IMG/VR virus record: IMGVR_UViG_3300005613_000044
Span: 1-64,000 of that record
Strand: one strand, 5' to 3'
DNA length: 64,000 nt
Source of the DNA: a virus
The notes under the pieces are model-generated. The model was not told where the DNA came from. It did no database searches and saw only the letters and a program-made list of their open reading frames with translations. The first letter of the stretch is position 1. Each line of letters starts with the position of its first letter. The position numbers and the translations under genes are program-made. Below, one piece after another: positions 39,449 to 48,646 of this stretch.

Positions 39449-40152
39449 TGGCAGCACTTGTTTGTAACTTACCTTCTGTTGAGGTCTGGGTAAGAAAAGA
39501 ATATCTAACCGATCATCAAAGTGGCCACGGTGAGTTTGTAAAGGGTGTATGGGTTTCTGCAAAGTCTATTCCCGGAAGAGCATTTTATTTTGAAACATAT
39601 CTTCCTGAGTATGGTGCAATGTATGATAAATTACCTATCAGTGCATTTTTGTCAGACCCAGAAACACCTGATCCTGATATGAGTTTACATAATCTTCAGT
39701 TCTGGAACTGTATGGATTATGGTGTAGTCGCTGTTCAAAAACAGTTTATCGGATCTATGGATTATGTGGTTTATACTAGAGATTATGGAACTGTTCGAGG
39801 AACTTATATCTGTACTCTAGATAATTATCATCAAGATCCTGATGTTATAGATTATGCGACATCAGAGAATCCTGCGGAACACAAGTCTCATAATCTAATT
39901 GAACTTGTGAACGGTCAGTATTGTCTGTATCCTAATAACAGAACTAGGATTTATGATAATAGTTTGACACCATCAGAGCCTAAGACCCCAGACTTCAGAG
40001 TTTCAACCAAATACTATCAGGTTGAGAATGGGTATGATAGAATGGGACTTGGAGATCAGGACTCTTATTTTTGGAAAACTTCTAAAGAAGTTGCTGAAGA
40101 AACAATTAAAGACCTTGAATCAAATGCACCTGATTATGGAGTAGGAAAATGA
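39448..40152 (+). CDS. Hypothetical protein
   Basis: 234-aa coupled ORF (YDKLPISAF, EHKSHN, YPNNR). Confidence 0.7.
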   Translation: MAALVCNLPSVEVWVRKEYLTDHQSGHGEFVKGVWVSAKSIPGRAFYFETYLPEYGAMYDKLPISAFLSDPETPDPDMSLHNLQFWNCMDYGVVAVQKQFIGSMDYVVYTRDYGTVRGTYICTLDNYHQDPDVIDYATSENPAEHKSHNLIELVNGQYCLYPNNRTRIYDNSLTPSEPKTPDFRVSTKYYQVENGYDRMGLGDQDSYFWKTSKEVAEETIKDLESNAPDYGVGK

Positions 40153-40373
40153 AATTTGAGATTACAGTAGAAGATTATCAAAAAGCAGGAGAGGAGTTTT
40201 GGCCTAAGTATTGGTATGTTGCCAAAGAACTAGGTGAAAATGCTAAAGCCGAAGAAATTTTAAAAGTTATGGAATCTCTTGCTGGTGTTGCGATGAAACA
40301 AAAATCTGAAGATAAGATTGGTCCATTCGGATTTAATAAAAAAAATGATACGGTAGATTCTGATGAGTGCTGA
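40149..40373 (+). CDS. Hypothetical protein
   Basis: Coupled ORF with an AGGA SD-like site. Confidence 0.6.
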   Translation: MKFEITVEDYQKAGEEFWPKYWYVAKELGENAKAEEILKVMESLAGVAMKQKSEDKIGPFGFNKKNDTVDSDEC

Positions 40374-40662
40374 GCCTGAAAATAAACGAAAGCCAAAACT
40401 ATCTGATTCTTTTGGTGGTACAGTAGAAAAAAATATTCCTGATGATGTTGAGTGGATTGATGATATTTTCTATATCAAGAAGACAAGATTTGGTCTTTAT
40501 ACATCCATTTTGAAAGAACCTCTTGGTCAACATTTTATTACTGGTCCAACATATGAATCAGTATTAAATGTTTCTCGTTGGCATCTCAAGTGTTTGGAGG
40601 AGGGTACACTTCATCTATACACTAGAGTTGTAAATTCTGGTGTTGTTGGTGGCAAGTTGTAA
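40363..40662 (+). CDS. Hypothetical protein
   Basis: Overlapping ORF in the same operon. Confidence 0.6.
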   Translation: MSAEPENKRKPKLSDSFGGTVEKNIPDDVEWIDDIFYIKKTRFGLYTSILKEPLGQHFITGPTYESVLNVSRWHLKCLEEGTLHLYTRVVNSGVVGGKL

Positions 40663-40696
40663 TATATGATTTGAATGACTGGGAGAGAAGAGATTA

Positions 40697-40704
40697 TATA
40701 AATA
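40697..40704 (+). promoter_or_regulatory. T4-type late promoter
   Basis: TATAAATA. Confidence 0.75.
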
Positions 40705-40730
40705 AGAAAAGGTAATCGTGTAGTAAGAAA

Positions 40731-41999
40731 ATGTCTGCAGATCTTCGTAGTATTCTTGAAGCCTATAGTGCTGTCTATGACAACGATGTAAAAGAAACTC
40801 TGAATTCATTTCATGATGAAATTACAGACATGGATCTCTCACTGATTAGTGAAAGAGAATTATCTGATATTGCAGAGGAAGCACTTCAGGAACTTTTTGA
40901 AGAAGGATATTCATTGTTTGAATCGGAGATCATTCTTGAGGATGTAATTGTTGAAGCTAATTCTTATATGACCGCTATGATGAAAGGTCAGAATAAGTAT
41001 AGAAAACAACAGAAGAGACAAGAAAAGATTGATAGGGTTAAGGGTGCTATCAAGGGTGCCCTTGATATGGCAAAGATGAAAGCATCTACTGGAGCTGTTA
41101 AGACATACGGAGCTTACAGAAAGGCTAAACAAGCAGCTGATGATAAAGCTAGAAGAACATCTCAAACAGCTAAGAATTTTTCAGCACAAACTTCTAAAAA
41201 GGCTTCTGAGGCTAAGGCTCAAGTTAAGTCTGGACTGAAAGGAATGATTCGTAAGGCATCTGAGAGAGTTGCTTCTGGAGCTTCTAAAGTTGCTAAGAGA
41301 ATGACTGAAGGTAAAGATTCTTCATATCTTGAGACTAATATGAAGAAGAGACAGAAGAATAATGAAAAGGCTCGTAAGGATATGGAGAAGATGGGGACTC
41401 CAATGAAGAATCCTCATTTCGAAGAAGTGTCCAAGATTAGAAAGGATTGGGGAGATGCTTACAGATCTATCTACGAAAAGAAACTTGATCCCGTAGGTAA
41501 GGAAGATGGTGATATAGATAATGACGGTGACATCGATAAGACTGATAAGTATCTCCACAAACGTCGTAAGGCCATTGGTAAGGCAATGGGCAAGAAAGAC
41601 GAAGATGATCAAAATGGTGATATTGAAGAAGGTGTAGGTATGCACCGTGACGCTAAGACCGGTGAGGTAGTGAATAAGGCAGAAGTGGGTAAGACCTACT
41701 ATCCAAATATGCCCAGAAAGAAGTCTTCCGTAGCCCTTCGTAAGGAGAAGGAATCATTGAAGAAAGAGGGTTACACACCCATGACTCCTGAGAGAACTGC
41801 TCGTGTAGAGAAGGCAAAGAAAAAGGCATATGATGATGATCAACGAGCTCAATATAAGGGTGATGCCAAAGAGTCAGATAAACAGTTCAAGCGTCGTATG
41901 GCAATGGATTCCAAAACCAAAATGAAGAAGGAAGAGGTTCAGTTCTCTGATGCTGAACTGGAAGCCATTCAGGCAAAGGTTGACTCTTGGGAAGATTGA
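40731..41999 (+). CDS. Charged multi-module protein, putative internal head polyprotein
   Basis: Late promoter; x-x-E linkers; KKLDPVGKEDGDIDNDGDIDKTDKYL module. Confidence 0.55.
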   Translation: MSADLRSILEAYSAVYDNDVKETLNSFHDEITDMDLSLISERELSDIAEEALQELFEEGYSLFESEIILEDVIVEANSYMTAMMKGQNKYRKQQKRQEKIDRVKGAIKGALDMAKMKASTGAVKTYGAYRKAKQAADDKARRTSQTAKNFSAQTSKKASEAKAQVKSGLKGMIRKASERVASGASKVAKRMTEGKDSSYLETNMKKRQKNNEKARKDMEKMGTPMKNPHFEEVSKIRKDWGDAYRSIYEKKLDPVGKEDGDIDNDGDIDKTDKYLHKRRKAIGKAMGKKDEDDQNGDIEEGVGMHRDAKTGEVVNKAEVGKTYYPNMPRKKSSVALRKEKESLKKEGYTPMTPERTARVEKAKKKAYDDDQRAQYKGDAKESDKQFKRRMAMDSKTKMKKEEVQFSDAELEAIQAKVDSWED

Positions 42000-42028
42000 T
42001 AATTGATTTCTTGAATGAAATATAAAAA

Positions 42029-43390
42029 ATGAGTATACTCTCTCCCGAAGCAAAGAACGCCATGACGGCAGTAATTTCTGCCATGGGAGGTGAAGATTAT
42101 AATTACTACTCTGATTTTAGTACCACTGTTGCTAGTTCTGGTAAATCTCGTATCATTGCTACATTTAGAGTAGTAGTTCCTCAAGTTCAGAGACAAAGAG
42201 CTACATCTAATCTCCAGAAAAATATTAGTAACAACTATGTTGTTAATGTTAATAATAATCAAATTGATGTTCTGATTACTGGAACTAATAAGAAAATTAG
42301 AATTAATGTAAAACCACCAGTGGGTGGTACATATTCAGCAGCTAAAAAAACAGCTATTGCTGAATCTGGTCAAGCAGTTTATGCTCAGTATGTTGTTGAT
42401 AATCCAGGAGTTACTGTTGATAGTGTCATAGATTCATCAAAATTGAAAAAGGCATATGACAAGTGTGTTACTACAGGTGCCTCTTTTGAGGAAATTGAGT
42501 CGATGGATCCTGATTGGAAGAAGTCATCAATTATGGGAGCACTTAAACTCAAAACAAAATATGGTCGGGGGTATAAGTATCTTCGAGGTGGAGATATGGT
42601 TGAAAAAGTTAGTAAAGCTTTTTCAAAAGTGAAAAAATCTCAGGGTTGGTATGGTGATCTGAATAAGTGGTCACCAGCTGACATCTACATTGCTAAGAGT
42701 GGATTCACTACTCAACAATTACAAAATGAACTGGATGGTATCACAACATGGGAAACTCTAAATGCTAGAATGTTTGAATTATTGACAGAAAATAAATTTA
42801 TTGGAGTTTCCCTCAAAAAGATGGAGAGGTCAGCAAACCTCACAGATGTGAATTTTCCTACTGATAAATCGACAGTTGATTTCAAATATGAAAAGATGGA
42901 GTCACCCATGAATTCAACTAGTGGTTATCTTATTATGAAGAAAGGTAGTCAATCAATTAAAGTTAACTTCAGAACTTTTACTAGTTCTGGTGGTTTCTCT
43001 GGTGAAGTTCTTGGTGGTTCGGCTAGACATGGAAAGATCGGTCATGGGGCAGTGATTAATATTTTGAAATCTCATGGTCTCCCAGAACTTCCAGATAATC
43101 AAACTTCTAGGAGGATTGCTGTTCAGGGAGATGAAAAGATGGCTGAGTGGGTAGGTAAAACATCTAAGGATCTTGGACTTGTTAATTCAAATCAAGAAAC
43201 AGAAGCTGAGACGAAATGGTTACAAGGAGATACGAATTATAGACAATCGAAGTATCTTACAATAAAATTGTTTGAGATCATCAATGATATCAATGATATG
43301 AAAAAGAAAAATATGTTGATGGAGGACATGTACAGGTACGCTTCTTCCACTACTAAAGGAGTATCGGGGCCATATATCAAACTCTCTTGA
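42029..43390 (+). CDS. Putative PD-(D/E)xK endonuclease
   Basis: TAIAES, NKWSPADIY, IGVSLKK resemble a restriction-like catalytic core. Confidence 0.5.
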   Translation: MSILSPEAKNAMTAVISAMGGEDYNYYSDFSTTVASSGKSRIIATFRVVVPQVQRQRATSNLQKNISNNYVVNVNNNQIDVLITGTNKKIRINVKPPVGGTYSAAKKTAIAESGQAVYAQYVVDNPGVTVDSVIDSSKLKKAYDKCVTTGASFEEIESMDPDWKKSSIMGALKLKTKYGRGYKYLRGGDMVEKVSKAFSKVKKSQGWYGDLNKWSPADIYIAKSGFTTQQLQNELDGITTWETLNARMFELLTENKFIGVSLKKMERSANLTDVNFPTDKSTVDFKYEKMESPMNSTSGYLIMKKGSQSIKVNFRTFTSSGGFSGEVLGGSARHGKIGHGAVINILKSHGLPELPDNQTSRRIAVQGDEKMAEWVGKTSKDLGLVNSNQETEAETKWLQGDTNYRQSKYLTIKLFEIINDINDMKKKNMLMEDMYRYASSTTKGVSGPYIKLS

Positions 43391-43441
43391 TTCTATCTAG
43401 ATACATTTGTCTAATAAATATTATTATAAGATAATAGAGTA

Positions 43442-44731
43442 ATGAAAAATTTCTTCAACTTTTTAAGTGAAGCACGTAAAACCAAAGCGTCTGAAAAAGC
43501 AAGACAACTTGGTTTAACTGGTGATGGAAAAGGCAACTGGGTCAATAAACTCGGAAATGTTGTAGCCAGAACTGAAGGTGGAGAATTAGTATTTACTCAA
43601 AGAAAATCAAAGAAAGCTGAAAGAGAATCCTCAAAGGGAAGTAAGTATAAGACACCAGATCAAGAAACTCGGAAAAAATCATCTGAACCAGAAGATGTAA
43701 GAAGGGGAAGAGAAATTGGTGATGAGGAAGAACAACAACAAGAAAAGACTGGTGATACTTTGACATTGGTATTTGGTAGATTTAATCCACCTACAGTAGG
43801 ACACAAAAAACTTTTAGATAACGCAAGACAAGTTGCATCTGATGGTGATCTGAGAATTTATCCTTCAAGGTCATTCGATCCAAAGAAGAACCCACTGGAT
43901 CCTGATCAGAAGACGAAGTTAATGAGAAAAATGTTCCCCGATCATTCTGATAACATAATTAATGATTCTGGTGTTAGGACTATTTTTGATGCTTTAAAGA
44001 TCGCTAGTAACGATGGATATTCAAATATCAAGATTGTAGTAGGATCTGATCGTGTCTCGGAATTTGATAGTCTGGCACAAAAATATAATGGTGAACTCTA
44101 TAACTTCGATGAGATTGAAACAATTTCTGCAGGTCAGAGAGATGATGAAGCATCTGATGTTACTGGTATGTCCGCATCTAAGTTAAGAAAGGCTGCGGCT
44201 GAGAATGACTTTGAAAGTTTCAGAAAGGGTATTCCTGATAATATTGATGATAAGACTGCTAAAACCATTATGAATACTGTTCGTAAGGGTATGCAGATTG
44301 CAACAGAATCTTGGAGTTTGTGGGAGATTGCTCCTAAATTTGATTGGAAGAACTTAAGAGAAAACTATGTAACTGGTAAAATCTTTAAGATGGATCAGTT
44401 GGTTGAAAATCTGAATACTGGATTAGTTGGTAAAGTTATTCGTAGAGGAACCAATTACTTGATTTGTGTGACCGAAGAGGGTATGATGTTTAAGTCCTGG
44501 ATTCGTGATCTTCGTGAGTACACTGAGGTGAAAATGAGTAAGATCATGAGAACTCCTAATAAACCAAATACTTTGTCTGGAACTAATGGATACTTTAAGT
44601 ATGCATCTAAGATGACACCTGGATTTGAGAAAGGAGATAAGACTAATCTTCAAGATGGTGGAAAACCATATAAAGGGCCTAAGACAAATTTTAGGGAATT
44701 TATAAATAAGTATAAGAATAGAAGTATCTGA
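43442..44731 (+). CDS. Cytidylyltransferase-like (HxGH superfamily) protein
   Basis: FGRFNPPTVGH, VVGSDR, MSASKLR; N-terminus MKNFFNFLSE. Confidence 0.8.
   Translation: MKNFFNFLSEARKTKASEKARQLGLTGDGKGNWVNKLGNVVARTEGGELVFTQRKSKKAERESSKGSKYKTPDQETRKKSSEPEDVRRGREIGDEEEQQQEKTGDTLTLVFGRFNPPTVGHKKLLDNARQVASDGDLRIYPSRSFDPKKNPLDPDQKTKLMRKMFPDHSDNIINDSGVRTIFDALKIASNDGYSNIKIVVGSDRVSEFDSLAQKYNGELYNFDEIETISAGQRDDEASDVTGMSASKLRKAAAENDFESFRKGIPDNIDDKTAKTIMNTVRKGMQIATESWSLWEIAPKFDWKNLRENYVTGKIFKMDQLVENLNTGLVGKVIRRGTNYLICVTEEGMMFKSWIRDLREYTEVKMSKIMRTPNKPNTLSGTNGYFKYASKMTPGFEKGDKTNLQDGGKPYKGPKTNFREFINKYKNRSI
44701..44708 (+). promoter_or_regulatory. T4-type late promoter
   Basis: TATAAATA. Confidence 0.7.
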
Positions 44732-44740
44732 TTTACTGCA

Positions 44741-45625
44741 ATGAAAAGAAATTCATATTCAAACTGGAGAGAAGATCTTCGTGAAGTTATGGATACCATT
44801 AATCCAGATACTAACGATTCTGAAAGAGGTGTTAAGGATAAGAAAGTAAAAAACAAAGTTGTCATCAACCCTGAACTCAAGGAAGCTTTTGAAGAAATTG
44901 GTGCAACTGTCCTTGAGGTTTTTGAACTTGATGAAAAGATTGATCTTAAAAAAGCTGATATGGGTGACGTTGTAAAAGACTTTTATAAGTCAGATGCCCC
45001 TCAGTTCAAAGGTAAGACCAAGAAGGAACGTCAGAAAATGGCTATCGCCGCCAAGTTAACTGCAGAACGTGGTGGTAGAAAACTTGGTGAGGAAGTTGAG
45101 AATGTTGATGAAGCAGTCTATGGTGACACTCCATCAAAGAAAAAAGATACCCGTCTGACTGTCACTGATGCTGATAAGAAAGGAAACACTCTTGCATATC
45201 AGAGATACAAATCGGGTGATAAAAGATACAAAGCTGCTGGTCACATGGATGAAGAGGCATCAATGTCTCAACAAGAACTCATGCTTCAGAAAAAGAAAGC
45301 AAGAATTGATAAAATGATTGCTATGAGAAGGGAACAAGAATTGAAAAAGTCAAAGAGTGGTGGTCAATCTCAACCTGCAAAGGCAATGGGTGAAGAGTTT
45401 TTTGGAGAGGAAGAATCTGATCGTTTGAAAGACCGTCATCTAGAACGTGGTGGTATGGGTGCTCGAACCGATTACACTAAACCACCTAAGGGCATAAAGA
45501 CTGGCCCTATGACTGATGCTGAAAAGGAAAAATCTAGAAAGGCATCTCAGTCTGCAATGGATTTTGTTAAATCACAGTTGAGATCAAAATATGGATCAAA
45601 GTCAATTATCGATACAAAAAAATAA
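44741..45625 (+). CDS. Charged multi-module protein, putative internal head polyprotein
   Basis: Late promoter; DFYKSDAPQFKGK module; LDE/VDE/MDE linkers. Confidence 0.55.
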   Translation: MKRNSYSNWREDLREVMDTINPDTNDSERGVKDKKVKNKVVINPELKEAFEEIGATVLEVFELDEKIDLKKADMGDVVKDFYKSDAPQFKGKTKKERQKMAIAAKLTAERGGRKLGEEVENVDEAVYGDTPSKKKDTRLTVTDADKKGNTLAYQRYKSGDKRYKAAGHMDEEASMSQQELMLQKKKARIDKMIAMRREQELKKSKSGGQSQPAKAMGEEFFGEEESDRLKDRHLERGGMGARTDYTKPPKGIKTGPMTDAEKEKSRKASQSAMDFVKSQLRSKYGSKSIIDTKK

Positions 45626-45765
45626 TAAGGAATTTTACGAAAAATTAGAGGCACCTTTATTTGTTTGTTGTCCTGGTCATTTCACTCAAGGCTATGGTTG
45701 GCTTGGAAGGCATGATTGTAGAAAAAAATGATATATAGATTAGATACCTTTATTGGGAACTAATC

Positions 45766-45969
45766 ATGTTATCATTCTTACTTCCATTTGCTTACAAAAT
45801 TGTAGATTCTACAGTTTCTAAAATTCCTGAAAACGAGGAACTTGGTGAAAAATTGATTGAAATCTGTCTCGTCATTCTTGGTAAAGCTGTTAAATTGACC
45901 AAGACTGATATGGATGATCAGCTACTTGAAGCTGTATCTAAGGCTATTAGAGCTAGAGAAGAGGGTTGA
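45766..45969 (+). CDS. Hypothetical protein
   Basis: 67-aa helical ORF. Confidence 0.65.
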   Translation: MLSFLLPFAYKIVDSTVSKIPENEELGEKLIEICLVILGKAVKLTKTDMDDQLLEAVSKAIRAREEG

Positions 45970-45975
45970 TTTTTC

Positions 45976-46008
45976 AATAGGAGGTCTTTATTAAGTCCTC
46001 CTATTTTT
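45976..46008 (+). terminator. Terminator-like hairpin abutting a late promoter (TATAAATA at 46008-46015)
   Basis: aataggagg...cctcctatt followed by T residues. Confidence 0.7.
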
Positions 46009-46048
46009 ATAAATATTAGTATCATGGAAATTTATCTAAGGCAAAGAC

Positions 46049-46582
46049 ATGGCACTCTGGGGTAATAATGACGCTGTAGGGTCTACAGGAACAGTATCTC
46101 TCAACTATTCTACAGGCGTTGTAACAGGAAGTGGAACAACTTTCGGTCAAGTTGGTGCTGCAGCAACCGGCGACGTAATGAGATTTGGTATTCGTGGTTC
46201 TGGTGGAACTTATTTTGGTGATGCTGTTATTGTTGGTATTGCAAGTACCACCCAGTTAACTATTGGATCTACTGCTGGTCTGAGTGGGGCATCTATTGCA
46301 TCTACCGACTTCACAGTATCTCAACTTCCAAAATCTACTATTCTTGATAGTTCTTTCAGTCAGACAATAACTTCTCATGATAGATATGTTTTTGGTGTAG
46401 CTGAAGGTGGAGCCGATTCGGCATCTGGAACGGCATATGAGACTGGTGTAGGTTGGGTCGGAGTTACTACTTACATTGACAATTCTGGTTCTTTAAGAGT
46501 TAAGAAAGAGATTCTAGTGGCTATGTCTGGTATTACTACTGGTAATACTCCTCTTTATAACGGTGATCCAGATCTTTCCTGA
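46049..46582 (+). CDS. Putative virion structural protein
   Basis: MALWG start, G/S/T-rich, GWVGVTTY..RVKKEILVAMSGI; late promoter. Confidence 0.65.
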   Translation: MALWGNNDAVGSTGTVSLNYSTGVVTGSGTTFGQVGAAATGDVMRFGIRGSGGTYFGDAVIVGIASTTQLTIGSTAGLSGASIASTDFTVSQLPKSTILDSSFSQTITSHDRYVFGVAEGGADSASGTAYETGVGWVGVTTYIDNSGSLRVKKEILVAMSGITTGNTPLYNGDPDLS

Positions 46583-46585
46583 TAA

Positions 46586-46972
46586 ATGATTTTTACTGAG
46601 TTGAACGAGGATAATTTTCTATTATTCGCTATTAAAAACTATGAAAATCCTCAATCGGTAACGAGAGAGGATTTTGAAAAAGATCTAAATCATTTTAGAT
46701 ATATCAAAAGACTTCTTAAGAGATATAAGAGTGGTGGTGAATTAAAAATTCACTTATTGATAAATCATTTTATCATTCTTTATAATATTTTTGATGACGC
46801 TGCCACTCCTATGTTATTTTTTAAGATTGATAGATCTCTTTGGTCTACGGTAAAAACATTCATTGTTTTTCTCAATAGACTACCTGAATATCCAAGATGT
46901 TATATTCACGAAATCGAAGATGATCAATTTTGTTTAAGAGAATTGCAGAGGATTACCGATGGAGAAGACTAA
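46586..46972 (+). CDS. Hypothetical protein of a T4-like conserved type
   Basis: NFLLFAIKNYENP, LLINHFIILYNIF. Confidence 0.7.
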   Translation: MIFTELNEDNFLLFAIKNYENPQSVTREDFEKDLNHFRYIKRLLKRYKSGGELKIHLLINHFIILYNIFDDAATPMLFFKIDRSLWSTVKTFIVFLNRLPEYPRCYIHEIEDDQFCLRELQRITDGED

Positions 46973-47270
46973 GATTGATAGGATTATCGATGCATTTCGT
47001 TCCGCAATGTATAGTGAATTCAGTGTCTCTGAGGAAGGAATGGTAGCAAATCCTCCTGGAGGATCTGGTGGATTTAGTGGTTCCTCTGATTCCGCTGGCC
47101 CTACTGCTGGTTATGATTCGGTTATAAAATTTGATGGTAGAAATAAGTATGTTAAAAAATACATAAATGACCTTTTAAAGAGAAGAGAAAAGAGATCTCA
47201 GAAAAAGGCAATGAAGACGGCATTAAATTTTAATCCTTACTTCAAACCCCACAATGGAAAATCAAGTTAA
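46959..47270 (+). CDS. Hypothetical protein
   Basis: Overlapping ORF in the operon. Confidence 0.55.
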   Translation: MEKTKIDRIIDAFRSAMYSEFSVSEEGMVANPPGGSGGFSGSSDSAGPTAGYDSVIKFDGRNKYVKKYINDLLKRREKRSQKKAMKTALNFNPYFKPHNGKSS

Positions 47271-47652
47271 AATAGCTGTAATAGAGCAAAAACTAGAAGA
47301 TTTAAAACCTATTATTCTTAGAATTGATACTGCCATTGAGAAGATGAGTGAGGTAAATACTAGTGTGAGTAGAATGCTTGCCATTCATGAAGAAAGAATA
47401 TCAAAACAGGAAGAAGTTGACGTTGTATTATTTTCAAAGGTTGACAAACTCCGTGATAAAATGGACATCAATCATAACTGTGTGCTTGCAAGAATACAGA
47501 GATTAGAGAAAAAAGTTTGGATTATGATAGGTTGTGCCACTGCTTTATCATTTTTACTAAACAGTCCATTTTATCAAAATAATAACAATTTTAAAAAAAT
47601 CTTGACATCCTATAAATCAACTCCTATAATAACTGGTAGTCGTCTTAGTTAA
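47254..47652 (+). CDS. Coiled-coil protein with one C-terminal hydrophobic helix
   Basis: MLAIHEERI; VWIMIGCATALSFLL. Confidence 0.6.
   Translation: MENQVKIAVIEQKLEDLKPIILRIDTAIEKMSEVNTSVSRMLAIHEERISKQEEVDVVLFSKVDKLRDKMDINHNCVLARIQRLEKKVWIMIGCATALSFLLNSPFYQNNNNFKKILTSYKSTPIITGSRLS
47602..47630 (+). promoter_or_regulatory. Consensus sigma70 promoter for primase
   Basis: TTGACA-N17-TATAAT. Confidence 0.8.
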
Positions 47653-47653
47653 C

Positions 47654-48646
47654 ATGGATTATATTGATGTAAAATACATCAATTTGATTTCCTCAAGACT
47701 TTCAAAATTCAAAAAGATTAAACCATATCTTTATAATTTTCGATGCCCTATTTGTGGAGATTCTAAAAAGAATAAAACCAAAGCAAGAGGTTTTCTTTAT
47801 AGGGTAAAGAATAATAGTAATTACAAGTGCCATAATTGTGGTATCAGTATTTCTTTCAATTCTTTTCTCAAAGATTTGGATACTGAAATTCATAAACAAT
47901 ATACCTTTGAGAAGTTTAAAGAAGGGCATACCGGAAAAAACTTTGTGGCTAAAACACCAGAAAGTATTTTTGATCAAGTTAAAACTTCAAAACCAACTTT
48001 TATAACAGAAGTGAAAATTGAACTGCCAAAAGCTTTTGACATTGATGTATCTAAAAGTTATTTGGAGTCAAGAGCAATTTTCAGTGGTGAATTTTATTAT
48101 GCAAAAAACTTTAAAGAGTTTGTTAATTTTATTAAACCAGGAACATTCGATTCTACCAAGTATGGTGAAGAAAGAATTGTAATTCCACTTATTAGAAATA
48201 AAAAACTTATTGGGGTTCAGGGGAGAGCACTATCTTCTAACCCTGTTAAATACTTAACCATCATGTTAGATGAAGATGAACCAAAAATCTATGGGATTGA
48301 TCGAGTTAATAAAGAACTTCCCGTCTATATCGTTGAAGGACCCTTTGACAGCACTTTCCTCCCTAATAGTGTGGCTTTGTGTGGTAGTGACGGTCAAGTT
48401 AGTGATCTTGAAGGAAGCGACAAAGTTTTTGTATATGATAATGAACCCCGTAATAAAGAAATTGTTAATCGAATTGAACAGTGTATTGAACGGGGAGAAA
48501 GTGTCGTCATCTGGCCATCAAACATAATTCAAAAAGATATTAATGATATGATTTTGGGTGGACATAATGTTCAAAATTTGGTAAAATTGAATACTTACAA
48601 AGGATTGGAAGCAAAACTAAAATTTACTATTTGGAAAAAGGTATGA
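47654..48646 (+). CDS. gp61: DNA primase
   Basis: CPICGDS..CHNC zinc finger, VEGPFDS, YDNEPRN, KDIND. Confidence 0.95.
   Translation: MDYIDVKYINLISSRLSKFKKIKPYLYNFRCPICGDSKKNKTKARGFLYRVKNNSNYKCHNCGISISFNSFLKDLDTEIHKQYTFEKFKEGHTGKNFVAKTPESIFDQVKTSKPTFITEVKIELPKAFDIDVSKSYLESRAIFSGEFYYAKNFKEFVNFIKPGTFDSTKYGEERIVIPLIRNKKLIGVQGRALSSNPVKYLTIMLDEDEPKIYGIDRVNKELPVYIVEGPFDSTFLPNSVALCGSDGQVSDLEGSDKVFVYDNEPRNKEIVNRIEQCIERGESVVIWPSNIIQKDINDMILGGHNVQNLVKLNTYKGLEAKLKFTIWKKV

Noticed and set aside
45591-45731. 46-aa ORF (MDQSQLSIQK...CCPGHFTQGYGW) filling an intergenic gap
   Set aside because: Plausible, but it overlaps the upstream gene, lacks a clear SD and has no assignable motif; not called
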